This document shows, piece by piece, positions 55,354 through 64,000 of a stretch of DNA of 64,000 bases. Origin of the DNA: an uncultured Cytophaga sp. (lineage in GTDB: Bacteria; Bacteroidota; Bacteroidia; Cytophagales; Cytophagaceae); NCBI RefSeq assembly GCF_937863595.1, contig NZ_CALMGQ010000136.1, positions 1,894 to 65,893 on the forward strand, read 5' to 3'. Below the pieces are notes generated by a model. It was not told where the DNA came from. It saw only the letters and a list, made by a program, of their open reading frames with translations, and ran no database searches. The position numbers were made by a program, and so were the translations under genes. Each line of letters opens with the position of its first letter. Position 1 is the stretch's first letter.

Positions 55354-58300
55354 TTATTTTTCTATTTTCATGATAAGTGTTTGCTCATCCATTTCTATTT
55401 CTGTTCCGCCTGTAAGAACATCAACAATATCTAATGACAATGCTTGTGTTTCGGTACAAATATATTCTTGGTTAGAGCGCAATGCACTATTAATTAGCTC
55501 GTCATTACGTTGTATGCTAATGCGAATTTTGTCTTGTACTTCCAAGCCCATATCCTTGCGCATGTTTTGAACTCTGTTTACAACATCGCGCGCAATGCCT
55601 TCTTGCTTCAGTTCATCACTCAATGTGATATCAAGCGCAACAGTAAGTCCAGCTTCCGATGCCACAGACCAGCCTGGAATGTCTTGTGAACGTATTTCTA
55701 CATCTTCCGCAGTAATGGCTATAACTGCTCCATCGGCAAGTTTCAAATCGAATGTACCACGCTCGATCGTTGTTATATCATCTGCACTTAAGGTTGCAAT
55801 TGCATTTCCAATTTCTTTCAGCTTTGCACCATATTCTTTACCTAGTTTTTTGAAATTCGGTTTGATGGTTTTAACGACAATGCCAGAAGTGTCTTCGATG
55901 TATTCGATTGTCTTAATATTGACTTCGTTTTTAATCAAATCTTCTACTGCTTGAATTTGTGCTTTCAACCGTGGTTGCAAAATCGGAATTAAAATTCTTG
56001 AAAGTGGCTGACGTACTTTTATATTCACCGAAGGTGATTTGCGAATCGAATGCACAAGCGATGAAACGCGTTGTGCCAAACTCATACGTTCTTCCAATTC
56101 AAGATCCAAATAGGCATCGGTTACTTTCGGGAAGTCTGCAAGATGCACAGAGCTCACTGTATTTTTCTTACTTACTTCGTTTAAGTCACGGAACAATTTA
56201 TCTAAATAGAAGGGCGCGATTGGTGCACCTAATTTAGCAACGGTTTCCAAACACGTATATAAGGTCTGATACGCAGCTGTTTTGTCTGCATTGTATTCAC
56301 CTTTCCAGAAACGCTTTCTATTTAACCGCACATACCAGTTACTTAAATCGTCTACCACAAAATCTTGTATCGCTCTACCTGCTTTTGTTGGCTCATAATC
56401 TGCAAATGCATCGCCAACTTCTTTTATTAAGGATTGAAGTTTAGATAAAACCCAACGATCGCTTTCGGTCCGTTCTTTCAAAGGTATCTCTGCTTCAGCA
56501 AACGAGAAATTATCTAAGTTTGCATATAGTGCAAAGAAGGAGTAGGTATTTTGAAGGGTGCCGAAGAAACGTCTTTGTACTTCAGTGATGCCATCTAAGT
56601 TGAATTTCAAATTGTCCCATGGTTGCGCATTGGTAATCATATACCAACGTGTCGCATCCGGACCATATTTATCAATGGTTTCAAACGGATTTACAACATT
56701 GCCTAAACGCTTAGACATTTTGTTTCCATTTTTATCCAACACCAAACCGTTTGCAATTACATTTTTGAATGCAACTTTATCAAACAACATTCCAGAGATG
56801 GCGTGTAAGGTAAAGAACCAGCCACGTGTTTGATCGACACCTTCCGCAATAAAATCTGCCGGGTAATTGTTGTCAAACAGTTCTTTATTCTCAAACGGAT
56901 AATGCCACTGTGCATAGGGCATTGCGCCTGAATCAAACCAAACATCAATTAAGTCTAGTTCACGTTTCATCGGCTTTCCAGAATCACTCAGTAAAACGAT
57001 ATTGTCTACATAAGGTCTGTGTAAGTCATTTATTTCTGTTGCTGTTTCAATACCGGCTTTTTGTGCTTTGGCAATTTCAGCTTTTAATTCTTCGATTGAA
57101 CCAATACATTTTTCTTCTGAACCATCTTCTGTACGCCATATCGGAAGGGGTGTTCCCCAATAGCGTGAACGAGACAAATTCCAGTCTACTAAGTTTTCCA
57201 ACCAGTTACCAAAACGTCCTGTACCGGTAGATTCTGGTTTCCAGTTGATGGATTTATTCAATTCAACCAAGCGATCTTTTTTCGCAGTGGTCTTGATAAA
57301 CCAAGAATCTAATGGATAATACAACACCGGCTTGTCTGTTCTCCAGCAATGCGGATAGCTGTGTTCGTAACGTTCTACTTTAAATGCACGATTGGCTTCT
57401 TTCAATTTAATTGAAATGCGTTCGTCTACACTTAAGTATTTATCTCTACCTTGTTTGTTACGTTCTACTTCTTTTTCTTCGTCTGTTAAATATGCTTCTT
57501 TCACATACTCTCCAGCGAAGTCCGTAACTTCTTTAGTGAACCTACCTTGTCTATCTACTAAAGGGTATTCATTGCCCCTGTCGTCTTTGGTAACGATTGA
57601 AGGTATGCCTGCTTGTTTAGCAACACGCGCATCATCCGCACCAAAGGTTGGTGCTATATGTACGATACCTGTTCCATCTTCTGTGCTTACAAAATCACCT
57701 GCAATCACGCGGAAAGCAGCAGTATCAGGTTGTAAGTACGGCATCAATTGTTCGTATTCCACCCCAACAAGATCTTTTCCCTTAAAGGAAGAAATAAGTT
57801 TGAATGGAATCAATTTGTCACCTGATGTATATTCTTCTAATGAAATATCTTTTGCCTTGTCAGAAAAATATTTACCCATTAATGCTTTCGCAAGAATGAC
57901 TTGTATGGGTAAAAATGTATATGGGTTGAATGTAGAAACCAATACATATTCAATATTCTCCCCAACAGCTAAAGCGCTGTTAGAAGGAAGTGTCCAAGGA
58001 GTTGTTGTCCACGCAATAAAATACGTTTCTTCCGTTGCATTAGGAACCTGAATTTTAGAGTTTGGCTTCAATTTGAATTGCGCAACTGCACTTGTATCGC
58101 GCACATCTTTATACGTTCCTGGTTGATTTAGTTCATGTGAACTTAAACCGGTACCTGCAGCAGGCGAATAAGGCTGAATTGTATAGCCTTTGTATAATAA
58201 ATTTTGAGAATGGAATTGTTTTAATAAATGCCAAACCGATTCAATATAATTATTTTCGAATGTGATATACGGTTTTTCAAGATCAACCCAATAACCCATT

Positions 58301-58707
58301 TTTACAGTAAGTTCATCCCACTCGGATTTGTATTTCATTACCGATTCGCGACATTTCTTATTGTATTCTTCAACAGAAATTTTCTTGCCGATATCTTCCT
58401 TTGTAATACCAAGCTCCTTCTCAACCTGCAACTCAACGGGCAAGCCATGTGTATCCCAGCCGCCTTTGCGTTTTACTTGGAAGCCTTGCATGGTTTTAAA
58501 ACGACAGAAAATGTCTTTTACTGTACGGCCCATTACATGGTGTATACCTGGTGTTCCGTTCGCAGACGGTGGACCTTCGTAAAAGGTAAATGTTGGCTTG
58601 CCTTCTCTTGTGTCTATGGATTTTTCAAAAATATTATTGTCTTTCCAGAACTGTTGAATTTCATTTCCAACTTCTGACAGTTCGGTTTTCTTTTCGTTAT
58701 ACTTCAC
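55354..58707 (-). CDS. ileS: Isoleucine--tRNA ligase
   Basis: 1117 aa with a class-I HIGH-type motif (PSANGTPGIHHVMG) and KMSKS (NKMSKRLGN), plus a large editing insertion. Confidence 0.95.
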   Translation of the reverse strand: MKYNEKKTELSEVGNEIQQFWKDNNIFEKSIDTREGKPTFTFYEGPPSANGTPGIHHVMGRTVKDIFCRFKTMQGFQVKRKGGWDTHGLPVELQVEKELGITKEDIGKKISVEEYNKKCRESVMKYKSEWDELTVKMGYWVDLEKPYITFENNYIESVWHLLKQFHSQNLLYKGYTIQPYSPAAGTGLSSHELNQPGTYKDVRDTSAVAQFKLKPNSKIQVPNATEETYFIAWTTTPWTLPSNSALAVGENIEYVLVSTFNPYTFLPIQVILAKALMGKYFSDKAKDISLEEYTSGDKLIPFKLISSFKGKDLVGVEYEQLMPYLQPDTAAFRVIAGDFVSTEDGTGIVHIAPTFGADDARVAKQAGIPSIVTKDDRGNEYPLVDRQGRFTKEVTDFAGEYVKEAYLTDEEKEVERNKQGRDKYLSVDERISIKLKEANRAFKVERYEHSYPHCWRTDKPVLYYPLDSWFIKTTAKKDRLVELNKSINWKPESTGTGRFGNWLENLVDWNLSRSRYWGTPLPIWRTEDGSEEKCIGSIEELKAEIAKAQKAGIETATEINDLHRPYVDNIVLLSDSGKPMKRELDLIDVWFDSGAMPYAQWHYPFENKELFDNNYPADFIAEGVDQTRGWFFTLHAISGMLFDKVAFKNVIANGLVLDKNGNKMSKRLGNVVNPFETIDKYGPDATRWYMITNAQPWDNLKFNLDGITEVQRRFFGTLQNTYSFFALYANLDNFSFAEAEIPLKERTESDRWVLSKLQSLIKEVGDAFADYEPTKAGRAIQDFVVDDLSNWYVRLNRKRFWKGEYNADKTAAYQTLYTCLETVAKLGAPIAPFYLDKLFRDLNEVSKKNTVSSVHLADFPKVTDAYLDLELEERMSLAQRVSSLVHSIRKSPSVNIKVRQPLSRILIPILQPRLKAQIQAVEDLIKNEVNIKTIEYIEDTSGIVVKTIKPNFKKLGKEYGAKLKEIGNAIATLSADDITTIERGTFDLKLADGAVIAITAEDVEIRSQDIPGWSVASEAGLTVALDITLSDELKQEGIARDVVNRVQNMRKDMGLEVQDKIRISIQRNDELINSALRSNQEYICTETQALSLDIVDVLTGGTEIEMDEQTLIMKIEK

Positions 58708-61126
58708 GGCTCTCGTCGTTTCTAGGTGTTTTAATTTCTAAACGCATCAGATCGATTTCTACATCGTCGTCTTCTGTATGCAATTTTTCGTGTTTATCCT
58801 TTATGATCGGATATAAATTGATTTTCTCTCCCTTACTAAATGTCAATAACAATGCGGGCAATACAATTAAATTTGTAAACATGGCAAAGAACAAGGTTAA
58901 GGAAGTTAAAATTCCTAAAGCTATTGTTCCGCCAAAATCAGAGAATGCAAAGATTAAGAAACCACAGAACAATACGATAGATGTATAAATCATACTAACG
59001 CCTTCTTCTTCTAAAGATTTCACAACAGCTTGCATTGTGTTTCCTTTATAATGCTTCAATTCTTGTTTGAACTTACTCAAATAGTGTATCGTACTGTCAA
59101 TGGATATACCGAAAGATATGCCGAAGATCAATGCTGTACTTGGCTTCAACGGAATATTAAACAAGCCCATAATTCCGGCAGTTAAAATAATTGGAATAAT
59201 ATTCGGTATTAATGAGATGATAATAATTTTTGGATTCGTAAAGATGAACGCCATCATCAGCGAAATCAAGCCAAAAGCCCATACCAATGATTCTGATAAA
59301 TCGTCAATCAAATATTGATTTCCTTTTAAGAACAATAACGTTGTGCCCGTAATGTGTACTTTTTGATTGGCCGTATCCGGAAATATTTCACGTGTTTTAG
59401 GGATGATATTTTTCTCAACAAGTTGCTTCATTTTATCTGTACCAATATCTGCAACCTTACACGTAAATCGAATGTACTGGCCCGTAGAGTCTACGAATGA
59501 ACGCATCAACTTGTCTTCCGATTTGTCATTTGTCTTCATAAAAGAAGCCAGGCTAATCATTTCTTGCTTTGTCGGAATTTCATAAAATTCAGGGAGCCCA
59601 TTGTAATAAGCCTGCTTCGCTCCTTTGACAATGTTCAATACAGAAAGTGGTGGCGATACGTTGTTTAATGATTTCAAATAGGTTTCCAATTCATCTAACT
59701 TTTTCAAATTAGCAGGAATTCGAATTCCTTTTTTCTTTCCTAAATCGACGATAATTTCTAAGGGCATTACTCCTTTAAAATGCTGTTCAAAAAATGACAA
59801 GTCTGTTTTTACTCCGCTACTTTTTGGAAGATCATCAACCATATACGAGATAACTTGTATGCGATAGATCCCTACTATTGAAAGTGCGATAATTAAACAC
59901 GTAATAATATATACAACTGAACGATAACGCAACACGATGTATTGCAACATATTGTTTACACGTCGTAAAAAACGCAAATCTAAATGTTTTAATTGTTTGT
60001 CGTTTGGTGCGGGCAAATAACACAACATTGTAGGAATAACAACCAAAGAAATTACAAAGGTAGCGGCACTTATTAAACCTGCAACCATACCAAACTCTTT
60101 GATGATAATAATATTTGTAAAATATAACACCAAAAATCCTACAGCAGTATTCATGTTGGTCATGAAGGTTAAGAAGCCAATTTTCTCAACAATTCTACTG
60201 ATGGCTTTTATTTTATTTCCATGCTTGCGGTATTCTTGATGGTACTTATTGTACATGTAAATACAATTGGGAATACCAATTACAATAATTAATGCGGGCA
60301 ACATACCTGTTAGTATGGTTATTTTATAACCCAACAAAACAATGGTACCCATTGTCCATATTACTGTAACAACAATTACTAAGAAGGTAAAGAATACTGC
60401 GTAGAGGTTTCTGAAAAAGAAAAATAATATAAGTGAAGTTACTAAAACAGATAAGACTAAGAAGAACTTAAACTCTTTTTGAACATCACGCACCATAATG
60501 GTACGCACGTAAGGCAAGCCTGCAAAATGTGTTTCAATATGAGTGTCTTCTTTGAATTTAGCCGACAAGTCTAATATGTCTCCAACTATTTTTTGTCTTC
60601 CGTTGGAATTGAGTTGTTTCGCATCAATTGATATGGCAATAAGAGCCGCGTTTGTATTCGAATTTGTAATTAATCCTTTGTAAAATAATTGATCGTTTGC
60701 TAATGCTATCAAGGAGTCTAATTCATGCTGAGAAGTGGGCCTCTTAGTAAAAATTGAACGTACGTCTAATTTAGAATTTATGGTGTCTTTGGTTAGCATT
60801 TTTACGGTTGGTAACGATATTGCATCATTCACGCCAGCTGTATTTTTTATTTCAAGACATAAGTCATAAAATCTATTAAAGGTTTCCAGTTTAAAAATTT
60901 TGGGGTCTTGAATTCCCACAACCATAATGTTTGCATCCTCTCCAAACATTTTTTTGAAGCCCTTGAAATAAATCATTTCAGGATCTTCTTGAGGAACCAC
61001 CTTTAAGAAATCATATGTTATATCAATTTCTGTGGCTTTATAAGCCATGAATCCTGTAATAGAACCTGTTATTATTAAAAGTATCAATCGATACTTGATA
61101 ATGAAACTCCCTAACCTAACCCACAT
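58697..61126 (-). CDS. RND/MMPL-superfamily membrane transporter (sterol-sensing-domain-like, 12 TM)
   Basis: 809 aa with two repeats, each a large extracytoplasmic loop plus a 5-6 TM bundle. The stop overlaps the ileS start by 11 nt. Confidence 0.75.
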   Translation of the reverse strand: MWVRLGSFIIKYRLILLIITGSITGFMAYKATEIDITYDFLKVVPQEDPEMIYFKGFKKMFGEDANIMVVGIQDPKIFKLETFNRFYDLCLEIKNTAGVNDAISLPTVKMLTKDTINSKLDVRSIFTKRPTSQHELDSLIALANDQLFYKGLITNSNTNAALIAISIDAKQLNSNGRQKIVGDILDLSAKFKEDTHIETHFAGLPYVRTIMVRDVQKEFKFFLVLSVLVTSLILFFFFRNLYAVFFTFLVIVVTVIWTMGTIVLLGYKITILTGMLPALIIVIGIPNCIYMYNKYHQEYRKHGNKIKAISRIVEKIGFLTFMTNMNTAVGFLVLYFTNIIIIKEFGMVAGLISAATFVISLVVIPTMLCYLPAPNDKQLKHLDLRFLRRVNNMLQYIVLRYRSVVYIITCLIIALSIVGIYRIQVISYMVDDLPKSSGVKTDLSFFEQHFKGVMPLEIIVDLGKKKGIRIPANLKKLDELETYLKSLNNVSPPLSVLNIVKGAKQAYYNGLPEFYEIPTKQEMISLASFMKTNDKSEDKLMRSFVDSTGQYIRFTCKVADIGTDKMKQLVEKNIIPKTREIFPDTANQKVHITGTTLLFLKGNQYLIDDLSESLVWAFGLISLMMAFIFTNPKIIIISLIPNIIPIILTAGIMGLFNIPLKPSTALIFGISFGISIDSTIHYLSKFKQELKHYKGNTMQAVVKSLEEEGVSMIYTSIVLFCGFLIFAFSDFGGTIALGILTSLTLFFAMFTNLIVLPALLLTFSKGEKINLYPIIKDKHEKLHTEDDDVEIDLMRLEIKTPRNDESREV

Positions 61127-61390
61127 ATAGTATTTTCAAATAATTAAGGTGGCTAATTTAAGCAAATTTGCTGATATCTGTATTGAAAAATATGCTCGGA
61201 AGGCTAATTTAATATATTGACAATCTGATTATTATATAAAAATGTATGTTTTTTTACAAAATTATATAAAATGATGAATTCTCAGATAGCTTTTAAGAGC
61301 AATAGAGATAGGGGTTTTCCATTTATCGCCAAGCATTTAATCGTATACCCTAATGACAACTTCTTCGTTTAAGCTAAAAAATACGCAGAA

Positions 61391-61924
61391 ATGATTCAAA
61401 TAAAAATTCCGTGTGAGGCTAGTTGGAATGAAATGACTCCAAAAAATGAAGGTAAATTTTGCAGAACTTGTGAAAAGGTGGTGGTAGATTTTAGTCGGAT
61501 GGATGATTTTCAGATTAAAGAATATTTTACAACACATTCACAGCAAAAAACCTGTGGTAGATTTTTAACAACACAAATTGATCGTCCATTAGAACCGCAG
61601 CCTAAGTCAAAAAACTTATTTAAAAGCTTGCCTCGTTTTTCAGCATTTAATTTCTTTGTAGTCTTTTTTGCGAGTTCTATTTTATGGCTGAGCAGTTGTA
61701 TTAAAAAGAATGTCGTAACAGGGGAAGTAAATAATAATGAATGCGAACCAAGACTAATGGGCGATACAATCATAACGCCCATATTGAAGCCGGATACAAC
61801 AGCAGCCATCAAGGAAGATACCATTAATTTTATTTCTGGTGAAGTCGCAGAAACCATTCCCGTTAAAATGGGAAAAATTAAAATAGCGGATACGCTGTCT
61901 CAAAAAGTGGTTCGAAAGAAATAA
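61391..61924 (+). CDS. Hypothetical membrane-anchored protein with N-terminal Cys motif
   Basis: 177 aa with IPCEASWNEMTPKNEGKFCRTCEKVVVDF (C-x17-C-x2-C) followed by one TM helix. Confidence 0.5.
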   Translation: MIQIKIPCEASWNEMTPKNEGKFCRTCEKVVVDFSRMDDFQIKEYFTTHSQQKTCGRFLTTQIDRPLEPQPKSKNLFKSLPRFSAFNFFVVFFASSILWLSSCIKKNVVTGEVNNNECEPRLMGDTIITPILKPDTTAAIKEDTINFISGEVAETIPVKMGKIKIADTLSQKVVRKK

Positions 61925-62683
61925 TTACGCTTCAAAAAAATATTCGTAAGCAGTTCCAACAAAAGATTCCTTTAATGCATCATAGTTTTCAATTAAAGAA
62001 TTTAACGATTCTGCATTTTGGCGATTCAATAAAGAAATAGGTTTCTGCTTAGATATTCCTAGAAATTTTTGAATTTGAAATAATGTTTCATTTGGTTGCT
62101 CGGTCAATGTTTCATAATCTACTTCGAATACAGGTGTATTGTGTATTTTTAAAATTGATTGTGTTTCGAGTTCCCATTTGGCATACTGTTCGAAAGTTTC
62201 AATACATTCCCTTTTAGATAGACTGATTTTTTTATTAGGTGTCGTTTCCTTAATGACTGCTATACTTGACCATTCCTGAGTCTTTTGAGCAATCCGTAAC
62301 GAAACATATACACGTAACAGGTTTCTACGATGAACCTTTATGATGTACATCCTGGGGTCGCTTAATAAATCAATAAATAGTTTTTTCTTAATGGGCTCAT
62401 CCATGTATTCATAAAAAAATTTAAGACCCACCGCTCTAATTGTTTTAGAGTATTCTTTTAATAACAAGTTCTTATCTGCTGTTACCGAAAATGATTCATT
62501 CAAAGATAAAATTCGAGTATGTGAATTTAGGTACGTATGCAACAAGGATGAGCCGGTGCGTGGATGACTCAAAATTAAAAAAATGGAATAGTTTGTATGC
62601 TTATAAAATGGAAATGCATTCAGTGCCTGTTTGATTTTTATAGTAAGAAATACACGTAAATACCGACCACTAACGATTTTCAT
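61925..62683 (-). CDS. Sulfotransferase family protein
   Basis: 252 aa with a PAPS 5'-phosphosulfate-binding-loop-like HPRTGSSLLHTYL near the N-terminus. The first ~30 aa of the ORF may not be coding. Confidence 0.6.
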   Translation of the reverse strand: MKIVSGRYLRVFLTIKIKQALNAFPFYKHTNYSIFLILSHPRTGSSLLHTYLNSHTRILSLNESFSVTADKNLLLKEYSKTIRAVGLKFFYEYMDEPIKKKLFIDLLSDPRMYIIKVHRRNLLRVYVSLRIAQKTQEWSSIAVIKETTPNKKISLSKRECIETFEQYAKWELETQSILKIHNTPVFEVDYETLTEQPNETLFQIQKFLGISKQKPISLLNRQNAESLNSLIENYDALKESFVGTAYEYFFEA

Positions 62684-62792
62684 ACAATGAAAGTACCTGT
62701 TTTGTTTAAAAGAAAAAAGTATAAGTGATAGAGATTGTGATTAATTCAATTTAAATTCACCTTATTATATAAAAAGATATTTTTATTGATCG

Positions 62793-63989
62793 ATGCTTCA
62801 AAAAATAACCGTAACATTTTTTTCAAAAGTTTTAAATGCCCTGTTGGGATTTTTAAATGCGATTTTGATTACGCAATTTTTAGGTGCCGATGGAAAAGGA
62901 GTTACAAGTTTATTTATGGCAAGCGTAGGCTTATGCATTATGTTTTGCCAACTCATGAGTGGGAATGTATTGGTATTCTTGTCATCAAGGATGGCTACTT
63001 CAACCTTATTGTTTGTTAGTTATGCATGGTCCATGCTTATTTCAATCGTATTGCCCATGTTGCTTTTTACATTTCATCTGTTACCTTCCGAATATTTGAT
63101 TGACTGTATAACAATCAGCACCTTCTATGCTTTATTTCATGCACATACATTTATTTTACTAGGGAGAGAAAAAACGCATCTTTATAATATATTGACTCCA
63201 CTCCCATTGCTCTTACAACTTATTACGGGTGTGATTCTTTTTATTGTATTGCAGAGCCACAATATTACACTGTACATTCATAGCTTAAACTATGCTTTCG
63301 GCTTGAGCTTTATAATAACTCTTTTATTTGTTCTCCCCAAAATTGGACCTATGCTATTTCCGAATAAAAATTCCATTCGCACTATTTGGAAAAAAGGGCG
63401 GCAAGCGCAATTGTCAAACATCTTATTTTTCTTCAATAATAGAATCTTCTTTTATCTTCTCGGATTCTATTTCTTGCAAACACAAGTTGGTATATACTCA
63501 GTCGCCATTATGTTGATTGAATCCGTCTTATTAATTGGCAACAGCTTTTCGTTAATGTTATATGCTCGAATTTCAAATACTGTTTCATTAATAGACTCCA
63601 TTCTTATAAGCAAAAAATATATGCTGATAAGTTTTAGCTTAACCTTATTTGCATTGGTACTTATTGCAATTATCCCTAATGATGTCTATGTTATTTTATT
63701 TGGAAAAGATTTCTCCGTTGTTAAAAAAATTGCACTTTACCTATCTCCAGGTACGCTTTTAATGAGTACGTATTATATCACAAGTTCTTATTTCAGTGGC
63801 ATCGGCAAATATGCTTACAATAATTTCGTTGTGGGTTTGGGGTTATTGCTAACTATTGTTGGAGGAATAATTTTTATTCCAAACGGAGATATTTTTACGG
63901 CTGCGATTATTACGTCAATTGCCTTTAGTATTATTGCTCTTTGTAGTTTATGGCAATTTAAAAACGAGATGTTGTTGCATTCAAAATAA
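62793..63989 (+). CDS. Polysaccharide flippase-like (Wzx/MOP superfamily) membrane protein
   Basis: 398 aa with about 12 TM helices and the typical low-complexity hydrophobic Wzx look. It is adjacent to the sulfotransferase. Confidence 0.6.
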   Translation: MLQKITVTFFSKVLNALLGFLNAILITQFLGADGKGVTSLFMASVGLCIMFCQLMSGNVLVFLSSRMATSTLLFVSYAWSMLISIVLPMLLFTFHLLPSEYLIDCITISTFYALFHAHTFILLGREKTHLYNILTPLPLLLQLITGVILFIVLQSHNITLYIHSLNYAFGLSFIITLLFVLPKIGPMLFPNKNSIRTIWKKGRQAQLSNILFFFNNRIFFYLLGFYFLQTQVGIYSVAIMLIESVLLIGNSFSLMLYARISNTVSLIDSILISKKYMLISFSLTLFALVLIAIIPNDVYVILFGKDFSVVKKIALYLSPGTLLMSTYYITSSYFSGIGKYAYNNFVVGLGLLLTIVGGIIFIPNGDIFTAAIITSIAFSIIALCSLWQFKNEMLLHSK

Positions 63990-64000
63990 TGCACGAACGA

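Noticed and set aside
63989-64000. ATG overlapping the flippase stop (TAATG) that opens a new frame (MHER...) at the window end
   Set aside because: Only four codons are visible, which is too little to call a gene.

Overview
This is an AT-rich chromosomal segment that looks like Bacteroidota. The signs are T9SS type-A and type-B C-terminal sorting domains, gldD, a gldB-like lipoprotein, a MurF-Alr fusion, TonB-dependent receptors and a DUF721 gene after recF. About 56 protein genes are packed tightly, and most are housekeeping: feoAB, murF-alr, recX, lysC, ribH, pdhA, recF, prfA, uvrA, nth, asnB, rne/rng, HU, mutY, ssb, recG, lspA and ileS. Between them sit envelope and secreted proteins of unknown function, a lemA-TPM-TPM module with a tandem duplication, and two glycan-related gene pairs. 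I saw no rRNA, tRNA, CRISPR array, transposase, integrase or obvious phage or defence genes. All product calls rest on motifs and family resemblance recognised by eye, with no database search. ORF-track starts are maximal ORFs that allow GTG/TTG, and several true starts probably lie further in. The most unusual signal is non-coding. At least 13 short arrays of degenerate tandem repeats share an exact 7-nt period. Each locus uses its own 'word' (CTAGnnn, GTACTnn/AGTAnnn, TTTTAAG, CAAAnnn, GGAAGGC). Most arrays form inverted pairs at the edges of intergenic regions, and several touch or include stop codons. One pair brackets a whole small transporter gene (28/30 bp inverted repeat). They are distinct from the ordinary hairpin plus T-run terminators, which are also present. 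I do not recognise them as any named repeat class. Secondary points of interest are a secreted protein with a (Gly-Met)n / Gly-Tyr low-complexity insert, a three-gene TonB-dependent uptake module with a His/Cys-bearing mini membrane protein, an unlisted 29-aa hyper-basic ORF, and an in-frame TGA followed by an open frame that ends in a terminator hairpin.
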